A stretch of 64,000 nt of DNA from an uncultured bacterium (GCA_963848965.1 CAWKFG010000004.1:160001-224000); one strand, 5' to 3'. Shown: positions 29,886 to 40,880, counted from the stretch's first letter. Notes: a model not told the origin generated them from the sequence alone. A program made the numbers and translations.

Positions 29886-29897
29886 GTACAAAAATAG

Positions 29898-30908
29898 CTA
29901 TGCTGCCAGCAAAAAATCCTTTAATCTAACAGCATACGCCCATTCATTATCATACCAGCCAAAGACTTTACAGACATCTCCTTGAGCTTCAGTCATAAGG
30001 CCGTCAACAATAGCAGAATGTGGATTATTATTGTAATCTGAAGAAACCAGTGGATCAAGTGTAAACGCTACAATACCTTTTAAAGCTCCTTGAGCTGCAC
30101 TATCAAAGGCCATATTTACTTCATCTTTCGATACCGAACGACAAAGTATAGCAGTAAGGTCAATAAGCGATACTTTAGCCACAGGAACTCGTAAAGAGAC
30201 ACCAATGACTTTACCAACCAGATGAGGAAAAATTTTTCCAATAACCTCCATAGCACCGGTAGTTGTAGGCACAATATTTAAAGCAGCAGCTCTACCTCTT
30301 CGAAGGTCCTTGACCGTTGCATCAACATCCAGTAGAGCCTGGGTATTTGTATAGGCATGAATAGTAGTCATAAAAGCACGCTCAAGGCCAAATGTATCTT
30401 GAAGAACTTTCATCATAGTAAACAGTGCATTACTTGTACAGCTTCCTAATGATACTATCTTATGCTGAGTAGCATTAAAATTCTCCATATTGACACCAGG
30501 AATTATTGCTACATCCTCTCCCTTACTTGGAGCTGTAATAAGCACAGCTTGTGCTCCTGCTTGTAAATGTTTTTGGGCTCCTTCACGTGTTGTAAAATGC
30601 CCTGTAGCTTCTACTACCCAACTAATACCATATGATTTCCAAGGAGCCTTTGTCGGATCAAGTTCACTTATAACAGGAATTGCTACATCTCCTACATGCA
30701 GCTTCCCTTCTTCAAACCAAACATCTTCTGGATAAGTTCCCATAAGCGTATCGTATTTAAATGCAAAAGCTGCAGCCTGAGGATCTCCTTTACCTACATT
30801 TATAACAGCAACTTTCAACATCTGACGTGCTTTTGGATCCGAGAGTACTACCCTGAGAAAGCTTTTTCCTATACGTCCAAACCCATTAAGGGCAATAATC
30901 TTCATCAA
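29898..30908 (-). CDS. gap: Type I glyceraldehyde-3-phosphate dehydrogenase
   Basis: NGFGRIG, GSCTSN, NIVPTTTGA, RVP, WYDNE. Confidence 0.95.
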   Translation of the reverse strand: MMKIIALNGFGRIGKSFLRVVLSDPKARQMLKVAVINVGKGDPQAAAFAFKYDTLMGTYPEDVWFEEGKLHVGDVAIPVISELDPTKAPWKSYGISWVVEATGHFTTREGAQKHLQAGAQAVLITAPSKGEDVAIIPGVNMENFNATQHKIVSLGSCTSNALFTMMKVLQDTFGLERAFMTTIHAYTNTQALLDVDATVKDLRRGRAAALNIVPTTTGAMEVIGKIFPHLVGKVIGVSLRVPVAKVSLIDLTAILCRSVSKDEVNMAFDSAAQGALKGIVAFTLDPLVSSDYNNNPHSAIVDGLMTEAQGDVCKVFGWYDNEWAYAVRLKDFLLAA

Positions 30909-31729
30909 CTCTCCTTACACCACAATTGAACTTCTTTGAGTAGCTTACTTTCTTTTTCCTCAGAAAGCTCTGGTAATTCTAAAATAATAGGTACATCTTT
31001 AAGCAAGGGATGTGTTATAAATTTCTTTAAAACATCTTTTCCTAAACATCCTTGTCCCACTATACAATGTCGATCTATACGAGAGCCAAGAGACTCCTGT
31101 GTATCATTAAGATGAATTAATGCAAGAGATTCTTTTCCTAAAAGCGTTGCTGCTTGTTCTATAAATTTATGTCGAGATTCATCATCCTGTATATTATAGC
31201 CAAATACATAAGCATGAGCAGTATCAAGACAGAACTGCACTTTCTCTGGATGTTCAAGCTTTGAACGGATAAGGGCAAGCTCTTCGAGTGAGCCACCAAG
31301 TGATTTTTGGGCGTGAGCGCTATTTTCAAGCACTATTATAAGATCGTTTTCACGCTTTAAAATAGTATCAAGTGTTTTTGCAATACGATCAATTCCTATT
31401 TCTCGCTCTACGACATCGGTCATTGCTCCCGGATGAAATACTACATGAGTAAAAGAGAGTCTTTTTGCTAACTCTATCTCTTTTTTGAGTATCCGCTGTC
31501 TATAGGAGCTTGCAAGATTAATAAAGTAAGAGCCATGAACATATCTACGATCAAAGCAGTCTCCTTGCAAAGAGCATAATGTTATGAGCTCTTTTGTACA
31601 GGTAATATATGCCTTGCTTTTTTGGTGTATTAAAAATGATTGAAAGAATGGCAATTCAAGGCGCAGCGCTCGCTCAATAAGCTCTTTCATAGTTGATTTA
31701 ATACGAAGATGTAACCCTACTTTAGCCAT
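30905..31729 (-). CDS. nfo: Endonuclease IV (AP endonuclease 2)
   Basis: HGSYFINLAS, FHPG, LEN, CLDTAH, HLND, DRH, ILE; start placed at MAKVGLH. Confidence 0.9.
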   Translation of the reverse strand: MAKVGLHLRIKSTMKELIERALRLELPFFQSFLIHQKSKAYITCTKELITLCSLQGDCFDRRYVHGSYFINLASSYRQRILKKEIELAKRLSFTHVVFHPGAMTDVVEREIGIDRIAKTLDTILKRENDLIIVLENSAHAQKSLGGSLEELALIRSKLEHPEKVQFCLDTAHAYVFGYNIQDDESRHKFIEQAATLLGKESLALIHLNDTQESLGSRIDRHCIVGQGCLGKDVLKKFITHPLLKDVPIILELPELSEEKESKLLKEVQLWCKES

Positions 31730-31730
31730 A

Positions 31731-33134
31731 CTAGAGTTCCAATGATGTTTTAATTGTCTCCCCATCCATATGATTCTTAAGCACGTGGTAAAAGTCACTT
31801 TTTATGCGCTCAAGTCCTTCTGAAGTTTGAGACTCAAAACGCAAACATACTTCTGGCTGAGTATTAGATGAGCGTAAGAGTCCCCATCCATAAGGAAGCG
31901 TAGCTTGGACACCGTCAACTGTTGAAATAGCAGCTTCAGGTTTAGAAGCAAAAAAAGTATATGCTCCTTCTAGCAGCTTTTCACGTATTTCAGTAGCACA
32001 TGCGATACGTATTTCTGGTGAACTTACATAAACAGGTAACTGAGCAATAAGTTCATCTAAATTCTTTCCCTTACTATATACAAGCTCGCACAAGCGTAAT
32101 GCAGCATATATACCATCATCATAACCAAAGTATTTATCTTTAAAAAAGAAGTGACAACTATATTCTCCCGCAAAAACGGCATTATGCTTTTTCATATGAT
32201 ACTTTATAATTGAGTGACCAGAAGGAGACTTAAAGAGTGTTCCACCATACTGGGCAATAACTTCAGATACAAGCCCTGAACACTTTACATCGAATATCAT
32301 AGAGCCCTTTGTATATTTTTGCAGAATATCTTTTGCAAAAAGAGCTCCTAACTTATCTCCTAAAATAAGCTCGCCTGAAGGAAGTACCGCACTCATGCGA
32401 TCTCCATCTCCGTCAAAGCCAATGCCAAACTGTGCCTGTACTACAAGCATTCTCTCTTTCAGAGATACCATATTTTTTTCTACCACAGGATCAGGATCAT
32501 GTGCAGGAAAAGTTCCATCAATAGTTTCATACATAAGCTCAACAGTATCCCACTTAAGCAACCTTTTTAATTCACTCATAAGAGGACCTGTAGCACCATA
32601 AGCACAATCGATAACAAGCGGAAGAGAAGCTCCTTGCAATCCTTTAAACTGCTCTGCCAACCATAGAGTATAGCGCTCTATGAGCGAAATACATTTATAG
32701 GTACCCAGTTGTAAAGCTTTATACGATTTCTTCTGCTTAAAAAGCTCTCGTATTTCCTTAATTTGTGAACCCCATAAGGCATCTTTTGCCAAGCACAATT
32801 TTATGCCATTATAGTCCTTACTATTGTGAGATGCTGTAACCATAAGTCCACCATCTACAGAAAGAACATGTAAGGAGAAATAGACTATGGGCGTTGAACA
32901 CAATCCAAGATCAACAACATTAATTCCACTATCACGTAATGCTCTTATAAGCTCTTGCTGAATATACTCAGAGTGAACTCTTCCATCACGCGCAATAGAA
33001 ATAGTACATGTTGATCCTGTTTTTATAAGGTAATAGTATGCTATAGCAGTTCCTAAAGCATATACTTCTTCGAGCGGAAGCTCTGTACCAATTTTACCTC
33101 GTATATCATACTCTCTAAACACTGATTCAATCAC
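31731..33134 (-). CDS. Phosphomannomutase/phosphoglucomutase
   Basis: FREYDIRG, VTASHN, FDGDGDR, GEYSCH, RSSNTQP; GTG start inferred. Confidence 0.93.
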   Translation of the reverse strand: MIESVFREYDIRGKIGTELPLEEVYALGTAIAYYYLIKTGSTCTISIARDGRVHSEYIQQELIRALRDSGINVVDLGLCSTPIVYFSLHVLSVDGGLMVTASHNSKDYNGIKLCLAKDALWGSQIKEIRELFKQKKSYKALQLGTYKCISLIERYTLWLAEQFKGLQGASLPLVIDCAYGATGPLMSELKRLLKWDTVELMYETIDGTFPAHDPDPVVEKNMVSLKERMLVVQAQFGIGFDGDGDRMSAVLPSGELILGDKLGALFAKDILQKYTKGSMIFDVKCSGLVSEVIAQYGGTLFKSPSGHSIIKYHMKKHNAVFAGEYSCHFFFKDKYFGYDDGIYAALRLCELVYSKGKNLDELIAQLPVYVSSPEIRIACATEIREKLLEGAYTFFASKPEAAISTVDGVQATLPYGWGLLRSSNTQPEVCLRFESQTSEGLERIKSDFYHVLKNHMDGETIKTSLEL

Positions 33135-33387
33135 ACTCTTCCCTTTATACAAGAAATCTCTCTTTTTCTTACATGATACTGCAAAAAGCACAATATGCAA
33201 AGTATAAACAACTTTTATTTAATTCTCTTACAAGAGTACTAGCAAAAACACCTTCTAGGCAATAGTAGTATCTTATTTCTATTAAAGCCTTTGCCTAGTT
33301 ATTATGAGAATATTAAACAAACTCTTTAAAAATTATAGCAAATTTTTATAAAATAAAAATAAAAATAAATCACTATAAGGAGATTTT

Positions 33388-33798
33388 ATGAGGTACACTA
33401 TACTAGTTTTCACCTTTCTACTAATAACCAGCGCTCTACGAGGTCAAGTTTTTGATGCATGTCAAAAATGCCAAGATATTATAGCACAAGAAAATAAAAC
33501 ACTTGCAAGTCTAAAAGCTCAAAAACAGCAATTTACCTCGCAGCTCCTTGGAATTAAACTTTCGCAAGAAGGTTTAAAACAGCTTTCTACTCAAATGCAA
33601 ACTGCTACTGCAAATAAAGATGTACAAGCTCAAAGCAAAATCGCAAATCAAATACAATTTCTTAATGCAGCTCTATCTTTACAAGCTACGTCCCAAGCAT
33701 TACGACAACAAAGACGAGCACTCTGTAAACAGTGTAAAGATAGTGTAGATCAAGTACAACAGCTTGTTGAAGAAGCATCAAGACAGCTTGAGGAGTAA
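33388..33798 (+). CDS. Hypothetical secreted helical protein with two CxxC motifs
   Basis: Signal peptide, CQKC and CKQC flanking a Q-rich helix; AAGGAG RBS. Confidence 0.65.
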   Translation: MRYTILVFTFLLITSALRGQVFDACQKCQDIIAQENKTLASLKAQKQQFTSQLLGIKLSQEGLKQLSTQMQTATANKDVQAQSKIANQIQFLNAALSLQATSQALRQQRRALCKQCKDSVDQVQQLVEEASRQLEE

Positions 33799-33870
33799 AT
33801 ACTAAAAAGTAGCCAATAAGGTACTATCATGGTATAGTAAAAGAGAGAAAAAACACTCTTGAGCTTTACC

Positions 33871-36585
33871 ATGATCCCATTAAAATTACATATTAAGAAC
33901 TTCGTTAGTTACGGTACTACTACACAAATAGTAGACTTTGCACCTTACCAGCTTATATGCCTTTCGGGCAAGAATGGGCATGGTAAATCTGCATTGCTTG
34001 ATGCATTAACATGGGTATTGTGGGGCCATGCACGCAAAATCAGCGGTATAAACAAGGCCGATGATGGTCTTTTGCGTATTGGCCAAACACATATGATGGT
34101 AAGCCTGGACTTTTCCTGTAATAGTATACTCTATCGTGTCCGGCGAGAATACACCTCTAGTTCTCACAAGCCATTTAGTGGCCTTGAATTTGGCATAGTC
34201 GATCCTTCTTCAGGGCTTTTTAGAGCACTTACTGATAAAACTATTCGAACAACACAAGATAAAATTGAGTCGATGATTGGTCTTGATTATGAATCATTTA
34301 TTAATTCTGCATTTTTACGACAAGGACAGTCAAATGAGTTCTCTAAAAAGTCGCCCAAAGATCGCAAAGAAATTTTAGCAACTATTTTAGGTCTTGATCA
34401 CTTTGAGCGGATGCGCAAACTTGCAGCTGATAGGGCAAAAGAAGCACTCATAGAGAAAGAGCATCTTGTAAAACTACACGAACAAATTAAAAGTGAACTC
34501 TCTCAAAAAGATAGTACAGCACAGCGTCTTAGCGAGCTCAAGGCGCTACTTGCAAGTCTTAGTAACAAAGAGGCAGAAGTAAAAGCTGAAGTACAAGAGC
34601 TTAAGCAGCAGTTTCAGGAGCTTGCAGATAATAAAGTAAAAGCTGAACGTATAGAGTTTCAAAAAGAGCAGCTTTCTATAACTATTAAGGAACAGACAGC
34701 TGATGTTATACAGGCCATACAAAAATATCGGCAGATTACTAACGAACAAAAAAAGAGAATAGATTACAAAAAGCTTGAAGAAGAACGTACGCAGTTACAG
34801 CAACGCCAGAGTGTTCTTCAAGATCTTGCTCATAAAAAGCTAGCACTCAAAGAGCAGATCCTTGCAAAAAAAGAAGCATATAGAATACGTGTACATACCT
34901 TAGAACAGGCATATAACGACAGTGTTCAAAAAAACACATTACTTTTACAACAACATACGTTGTCTCTTCAAACACTTATTGAACAACAAAAAGAGCTTGA
35001 ACTTCGCAAAAGCAGAGAAACAGAGGAATATAAAAAGCTTCTTAAAGAGCTTGAAGTACTTCAAAAACCTGTTGCAGAAAATAATGAACTTTTATTAGAA
35101 CAAGAAACGAAACGCTTTGAACGGCGTAAAGCACACTATCATGAATTTATAGCAAAAGGGAATACCCTTACTGCAGAGCTTAAAAATAATGCCCATAAAA
35201 AGCATATGTCTCAAGCAGCAAAAAAGCCTGTATGCCCTTTGTGTGAACAAGATTTATCTCCTGACTACAAAAAGTCATTACAAAAAACGCTCGATCGACA
35301 AGAATCTCTTATTAACCATCAGCTTGATCGAATAACACAGGTTATTAAAAGTTTAAAACTGCTTCTTGTTGAACATAATATGCGCATTGAGCAATTACGC
35401 CTACTCCTTGAAACACAAAAAATGAACGAAATTAAAACAACAGAACTTCAAAAAAACATAGCAAAAGCTCTTGAGCAACTATACACGTTAGAAGAACAGA
35501 GCACTCACCTTGCTCATACCTATAAAGCAGAGCAGCATGCAAAACAGCAAACAGAACAACAACAGGCTACTTTTGAACAAACATTTGAAAAAGCACTTGC
35601 TGAAGATTACGAAATACAAAAACTTTTACAAGAACTACCAGCACTTGAACAATCTCTTGCACTCATAGTATATGATGGTGAAGAAGAAAAGCAGATACCT
35701 CTTCGTATTTACGAGCTTAATCAAGTACTACAGACACAAGCAGAGTTGCTCAAAGAAAGTGCGTTACAAGAACAGCGCAGAACATCTATTGAGCAAACAT
35801 ATAAGAATATAAAGCACCTTAAAGAGCTCAGACAATTACTTGTAGAAGAAAGTGCAACATACACTTTTTATAAAGATCGTGAACGAGAGTTACATAACAA
35901 AGAAGCAGAAATCTCTACAAAGCTTCAGCTTATCGCACAAGAAAAAGAGCTCGTTATTCACCAAAAAGGTGCTCTTGAACAGCACTATGCAAGTATTGAA
36001 CAACGAGAAAAAGAGTATAAACAGCAGCAAACAACACTGAAAAATCTTTATCAAACAATTGAAGAGTATACAGCTATTGCTTCAGCACTCAGTAAAGATG
36101 GTATTCAAGCGTTGCTTATTGAAGATGCTATTCCTGAAATTGAACATGAAGCAAATACCCTGCTTTCTCGTCTTACTGATAATCAGGCACATTTAACTAT
36201 TGAGTCACTACGCGATTTACGGAGTGGCAAAACAAAAGAGACACTAGATATTAAAATCTCTGATCCTATTGGCATACGGCCCTATGAGCTATTCTCCGGC
36301 GGTGAAGCATTTAGAATTGATTTTGCGCTTCGTATTGCTATCTCCAAATTACTTGCTCGCAGAGCAGGAACTGCTTTACAAACACTTATCATTGATGAAG
36401 GGTTCGGCTCTCAAGATGAAGAAGGACTTTCAAACATCATGGAAGCACTACATAAAATACAAGATGATTTTGCAAAAATTATCGTTGTTTCTCATTTACC
36501 GTCATTAAAAGAGCAATTTCCTGTTCATTTTCTTGTCTACAAGACAGCCCAAGGAAGTATAGTAAAAGTTATAGAAAATGGATGA
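33871..36585 (+). CDS. sbcC: SbcC/Rad50-like SMC ATPase
   Basis: GKNGHGKS Walker A, CPLC zinc hook, FSGGE signature, IIDEGFG Walker B. Confidence 0.93.
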   Translation: MIPLKLHIKNFVSYGTTTQIVDFAPYQLICLSGKNGHGKSALLDALTWVLWGHARKISGINKADDGLLRIGQTHMMVSLDFSCNSILYRVRREYTSSSHKPFSGLEFGIVDPSSGLFRALTDKTIRTTQDKIESMIGLDYESFINSAFLRQGQSNEFSKKSPKDRKEILATILGLDHFERMRKLAADRAKEALIEKEHLVKLHEQIKSELSQKDSTAQRLSELKALLASLSNKEAEVKAEVQELKQQFQELADNKVKAERIEFQKEQLSITIKEQTADVIQAIQKYRQITNEQKKRIDYKKLEEERTQLQQRQSVLQDLAHKKLALKEQILAKKEAYRIRVHTLEQAYNDSVQKNTLLLQQHTLSLQTLIEQQKELELRKSRETEEYKKLLKELEVLQKPVAENNELLLEQETKRFERRKAHYHEFIAKGNTLTAELKNNAHKKHMSQAAKKPVCPLCEQDLSPDYKKSLQKTLDRQESLINHQLDRITQVIKSLKLLLVEHNMRIEQLRLLLETQKMNEIKTTELQKNIAKALEQLYTLEEQSTHLAHTYKAEQHAKQQTEQQQATFEQTFEKALAEDYEIQKLLQELPALEQSLALIVYDGEEEKQIPLRIYELNQVLQTQAELLKESALQEQRRTSIEQTYKNIKHLKELRQLLVEESATYTFYKDRERELHNKEAEISTKLQLIAQEKELVIHQKGALEQHYASIEQREKEYKQQQTTLKNLYQTIEEYTAIASALSKDGIQALLIEDAIPEIEHEANTLLSRLTDNQAHLTIESLRDLRSGKTKETLDIKISDPIGIRPYELFSGGEAFRIDFALRIAISKLLARRAGTALQTLIIDEGFGSQDEEGLSNIMEALHKIQDDFAKIIVVSHLPSLKEQFPVHFLVYKTAQGSIVKVIENG

Positions 36586-36587
36586 TG

Positions 36588-37163
36588 CTATTTTTTATAA
36601 TATTCCTTGAGCCCTTCTTGTGTAGGCTTAAGTCCTTTTTCCTCTTCTGTCCAGTTTGCTGGACATACTTGGCCATGCTCTTTAGTAAAGTGTACAGCAT
36701 CCAACAACCTCAACACTTCTTGAGTATTTCTGCCTAACGAAAGATTATTTATTTGAGCAACTTGCACAATATTTTCATTATCTATAATAAAAATACCTCG
36801 TAATGCTATACCCTTGTCTTCATCAAGCACTTCATATGCTCGAGAAATGGACTTTGTAATATCTGAAAGTAAAGGATAGGTTATTCCTTGTATACCACCC
36901 TGCTCTTTTGGCTGAGCAAGCCACGCTAAATGGCTATACACTGAGTCAACTGATACACCTAAGATAACAGCATTACGTTGCTCAAACTCGCTTATTGACT
37001 CCTGAAACGCATGCAGCTCAGTAGGACATACAAACGTAAAGTCTAAAGGATAAAAGAAAAGTACTTTATAGGCATCCTTAAAATCTTCAAAATAAATATC
37101 TTTAACTTCTTCGTTTACAATTGCTTGACAAGAAAATGATGGTGCACGTTTTCCTACTAACAT
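36588..37163 (-). CDS. ahpC: 2-Cys peroxiredoxin (AhpC/TSA)
   Basis: FYPLDFTFVCPTE and VCPANW. Confidence 0.95.
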   Translation of the reverse strand: MLVGKRAPSFSCQAIVNEEVKDIYFEDFKDAYKVLFFYPLDFTFVCPTELHAFQESISEFEQRNAVILGVSVDSVYSHLAWLAQPKEQGGIQGITYPLLSDITKSISRAYEVLDEDKGIALRGIFIIDNENIVQVAQINNLSLGRNTQEVLRLLDAVHFTKEHGQVCPANWTEEEKGLKPTQEGLKEYYKK

Positions 37164-37260
37164 ACGGATTCCTTACAAATTTAGAGTAAGATGAGATCTG
37201 TTTTCTTGATAAAGTATAGAGTATATAGTAGATTTTTTACAACTATACTAAGGAGGTTTT

Positions 37261-37968
37261 ATGACGGTCAAAAAAGTTATTCATTATAGAAATGCTTTAA
37301 AATTTGGATTTGATACCTTTATTGATAATTTCTTTCTTTTTCTTAAAGCATCGCTTACATATGCTGCTCTTTTTATAGGGGCTCTCATAGCTGCTTTTGT
37401 TATTCCTTTGTTTATCTGGTACTTAATTAAAAACCAAGCTATCAAAGACACTCCCTTTTGGGCACGCCTTCTGTATGGCGGTATCATTGGCCTAACAGTA
37501 AGCATGGTAGGATCTTACTATGCAGCTAATCTTACAAGAGTAAGCCTTGCTCTTTATGAAGGTCAAAGCATAACACTCAAAGATTTTTTTAGCATAAGAA
37601 TGTCTCTTTTTTTCCGCTTTTTTGTTGCCGTATTTCTTTATGGCTTTAAAGTTTTATTAGGTACATTCTTATTAATTATACCAGGTCTTTATCTCTGGGT
37701 AAAATATGCCTTTACTGGGTATTTTATTTTAGAAGAAGATGCATCTATCTCTCAGGATATGGACCGCAATAGTCATTTAACGTATGGCGCTAAATGGAAA
37801 TTACTCTGGTTTAATTGGTTTTTATATATTCTTGAATTTCTCTGCAGCGCAGGTATAATAACGCTTATTCTCTATCCAGCATTCACGCTCATTCATACTC
37901 ATGTATACAAACAGTTACGCATGTATGAACATACAGGCGAGGTAAAAAGCTTACCTATCCAAGACTGA
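37261..37968 (+). CDS. Integral membrane protein (DUF975-like)
   Basis: Multiple TM helices; LLIIPGLY...S..LT.G.KWKL motif. Confidence 0.65.
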   Translation: MTVKKVIHYRNALKFGFDTFIDNFFLFLKASLTYAALFIGALIAAFVIPLFIWYLIKNQAIKDTPFWARLLYGGIIGLTVSMVGSYYAANLTRVSLALYEGQSITLKDFFSIRMSLFFRFFVAVFLYGFKVLLGTFLLIIPGLYLWVKYAFTGYFILEEDASISQDMDRNSHLTYGAKWKLLWFNWFLYILEFLCSAGIITLILYPAFTLIHTHVYKQLRMYEHTGEVKSLPIQD

Positions 37969-37976
37969 AAGTCATT

Positions 37977-38001
37977 AGGGCAGCTTATAAAGCTGCCCTT
38001 T
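37977..38001. terminator. Hairpin between convergent genes
   Basis: AGGGCAGCTT-ATA-AAGCTGCCCT. Confidence 0.7.
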
Positions 38002-38026
38002 ATAATAAAATATACTGTGAGGGACA

Positions 38027-39388
38027 CTAAAGCAGTAAACTTGCAACCATTGCTGAAAGAAGATTTGCCAGTGCTCCTCCAAATACAGCACGTACGCCTA
38101 ATTGGCTGAGCCACGCTCGTTTATCTGGAACTAGTGCACCAATACCACCAATTTGTATACCAATACAAGAAAAGTTAGAGAATCCGCAAAGTGCATAGGT
38201 AAGAATTGATACAGCTCTTGTTGGTAACCCCATTTTGATCATCTTATCATAAGCTACAAGCTCGTTAACAGCTACTTTAGTACCAATAAGCTGGCTTGCT
38301 TGTAATGCTTCTGAACCAGTAAAGCCTAAAAGCCATCCAAAAGGCAAACAGATCCATGCAAAAATGGTGTCTAGCGTAATAACAGGAAGATTAAGGCTAA
38401 ACAGCTCATTAAGTTTTGTGCAAGAGAAGCTCAAGAGTGCATTAAACATACCAAGCAGCGCTAAGAATGAAATAAGCATAGCTCCCACGTTTAAAGCAAG
38501 CCATAATCCATCCGAAGTACCCTGTGAGATAGCATCAAGCACATTACCCGATTTCATCTCATAGGTAGCAGTTGCATCGCACATTGCCTGCGGCTCTTCT
38601 GTTTCAGGATAGATAATTTTTGAAATTAAAATAGTTGCAGGAATAGCCATAACACTTGCAGCAAGTAAGTGAGTAGCAGGTACTCCCATAACAGCAAACA
38701 CTGCTAAAATAGAGCCACTAATCGTTCCCATACCACTAATCATAACTACTAAGAATTCAGATTTAGTCATGCTCTTAAGATAATGCTTAATAAGAAGTGG
38801 TGCTTCTGTTTGTCCTAAAAAGCTATTTGCAATAGCACATAAGGTTTCTGGCCCTGTAGTTCCTAAAAGTGGCCGTATCCCTTTATTTAAAACCATTACC
38901 ACTGCTTGCACGATACCCAAATAGAAGAGCATCGACATTAATGCACTAAAAAATATAATAACAGGTAACACCTTAATAGCAAAGGTAAAGCCCCAAGGCC
39001 CCTGAGCATCACTTAACCTGCCAAAGACAAACTCTATACCCTTATCAGCAGCCATATAAAGCTTAGTAAAGCCATCTGCTACATACGAGATACTAGTATG
39101 CCCTACAGATGTCTTTAATACAAGCACCGCAAGCGTAAAGTGTAAAAGAAGCCCAATGGATACTAATTTCCAGTTAATTCGCCTTCGGTTATTCGACATA
39201 AGTACGGCAAGACCTAAAATAACTCCAATACCAAGCACATTGTAAATCCTATTATGCTCTAACAAGTAGGAGAATATATCTATTGAAGATCCTTGTGTGA
39301 ACATTAACACTGCAATACCTGCGATAACCGCCATACTGAGCATATTATACAGTCTTTTATGCTCAAGTAGATAGGATACAATGGCCAT
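38027..39388 (-). CDS. nupC: Concentrative nucleoside transporter (NupC/CNT family)
   Basis: FLGQTEAPLLI, GTISGS, GTKVAVNELVAY, YALCGFSNF. Confidence 0.93.
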   Translation of the reverse strand: MAIVSYLLEHKRLYNMLSMAVIAGIAVLMFTQGSSIDIFSYLLEHNRIYNVLGIGVILGLAVLMSNNRRRINWKLVSIGLLLHFTLAVLVLKTSVGHTSISYVADGFTKLYMAADKGIEFVFGRLSDAQGPWGFTFAIKVLPVIIFFSALMSMLFYLGIVQAVVMVLNKGIRPLLGTTGPETLCAIANSFLGQTEAPLLIKHYLKSMTKSEFLVVMISGMGTISGSILAVFAVMGVPATHLLAASVMAIPATILISKIIYPETEEPQAMCDATATYEMKSGNVLDAISQGTSDGLWLALNVGAMLISFLALLGMFNALLSFSCTKLNELFSLNLPVITLDTIFAWICLPFGWLLGFTGSEALQASQLIGTKVAVNELVAYDKMIKMGLPTRAVSILTYALCGFSNFSCIGIQIGGIGALVPDKRAWLSQLGVRAVFGGALANLLSAMVASLLL

Positions 39389-39407
39389 GGAAGATCCTTA
39401 TAGTAAA

Positions 39408-40481
39408 TTAGTGGAAATTAAGTGGTTGTTTACGCCTTTCTTGACGCTCTCTTTCTCGTAGAGCATCTACGATTTCATCAAGCTCTCCTTCAAGTACCAT
39501 ATCAAGCTTTTTAAGAGTAACCTCTACTTGATGGTCAGTAACTCGGTTTTGAGGAAAATTATAGGTACGCACTTTCTCTGCTCGCATACCAGATCCGACA
39601 AGCTCTTTACGTTTTTGGCTCAGTTCAGCTTCTTGTTTTTCCTGTTGTGCAGCAAGTAACCGCGCTTGCAACATCTTGAGTGCCTTGGCCTTATTTTTAT
39701 GCTGTGACCGTTCATCTTGACAGGTTACTACAACGCCGCTTGGAATATGAGTGATACGCACTGCAGAGTCAGTTGTGTTAACATGCTGTCCTCCTGCACC
39801 GCTTGAACGATAAACGTCTATACGCAAGTCTGCAGGATTAATAGAAATATCTACTTCTTCAGCCTCGGGCAATACAGCAACCGTTGCAGTTGAAGTGTGA
39901 ATTCTTCCCGATGCTTCAGTTACCGGTACACGTTGCACTCTATGCACCCCTGACTCATATTTTAAGTGACCATAGACTCCTTTACCTTCGATATGGAGCA
40001 CAATTTCTCGATATCCTCCAAGGTCAGTTGTACTAATACTCACTACAGATACGCGCCAGTTATGCTTCATGGCATAATTGGTGTACATACGCAACAAATC
40101 GGCAGCAAAAAGTGAGGCTTCTTGACCACCTGCTCCTGCCCTAATTTCAACGAATGCTGATCGAGAATCCATCTCATTAGGCGGGAACATAAGGTTCTCA
40201 AGAGCTTCTTGCTCACGCTTAAGAGCGTTTTGAACAGTCTGCAACTCTTCATCAAGCAATTGTGCAAATTCTGGATCTGTATTTGCAGCTTTTTGTTCTT
40301 CAAGCTGCTTATATTCATCTTCAAGGCGCACAATTTCCTTGTGCTTAGAAAGAAGAGTTGAAAGAACAGAAAGCTCTTTTTGCACAACATGTCGTTTGCT
40401 GTTCTCAAGCGCTGGAGAGCTTACCTGTTCAGCAAGCTCATCATATCGGTTTTGAAGTATATCCCAAGAGATAGCACTCAT
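39408..40481 (-). CDS. prfA: Peptide chain release factor 1
   Basis: GVHRVQRVPVTE (PxT), GAGGQHVN, RTYNFPQ. Confidence 0.97.
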   Translation of the reverse strand: MSAISWDILQNRYDELAEQVSSPALENSKRHVVQKELSVLSTLLSKHKEIVRLEDEYKQLEEQKAANTDPEFAQLLDEELQTVQNALKREQEALENLMFPPNEMDSRSAFVEIRAGAGGQEASLFAADLLRMYTNYAMKHNWRVSVVSISTTDLGGYREIVLHIEGKGVYGHLKYESGVHRVQRVPVTEASGRIHTSTATVAVLPEAEEVDISINPADLRIDVYRSSGAGGQHVNTTDSAVRITHIPSGVVVTCQDERSQHKNKAKALKMLQARLLAAQQEKQEAELSQKRKELVGSGMRAEKVRTYNFPQNRVTDHQVEVTLKKLDMVLEGELDEIVDALRERERQERRKQPLNFH

Positions 40482-40486
40482 AACTC

Positions 40487-40687
40487 TTAGCTATCCTTAT
40501 ACTTTTTCTTGAATTTTTCGATACGACCAGCTGTATCTACGTGTTTTTGCTCACCAGTAAAGAATGGATGGCATTGTGAACACAAAGTTACACGAATTTC
40601 CTTACGAGTTGAGCTTGTTCTAAACTCGTTACCACAAGTACAGCGTGCTGTAAGCTCATGGCTCGTTGGATGTAGTTCTTTTTTCAT
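40487..40687 (-). CDS. rpmE: 50S ribosomal protein L31 (zinc-binding type)
   Basis: [28 protein letters not shown]. Confidence 0.96.
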   Translation of the reverse strand: MKKELHPTSHELTARCTCGNEFRTSSTRKEIRVTLCSQCHPFFTGEQKHVDTAGRIEKFKKKYKDS

Positions 40688-40760
40688 AAATAACTCCTTA
40701 AAATGTCTCTATCTTTTTAAAAGAAGAGAGCTCAAAAAACTTGAGCTCTTGCCTATTTAT

Positions 40761-40789
40761 AGTATACCATAGGATAAGTAGTATGACAA
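40761..40789 (-). promoter_or_regulatory. Sigma70-like promoter for rpmE-prfA
   Basis: Minus strand TTGTCA-17 nt-TATACT, with TG upstream of the -10. Confidence 0.6.
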
Positions 40790-40880
40790 TTTAGACTTTC
40801 AAAAAGCTTCTACGAATCTTTTTCTCTAATCACTATAAGTAATTTTCTTATCTTACTCTTAATGGGCCATTATCAAGCAT

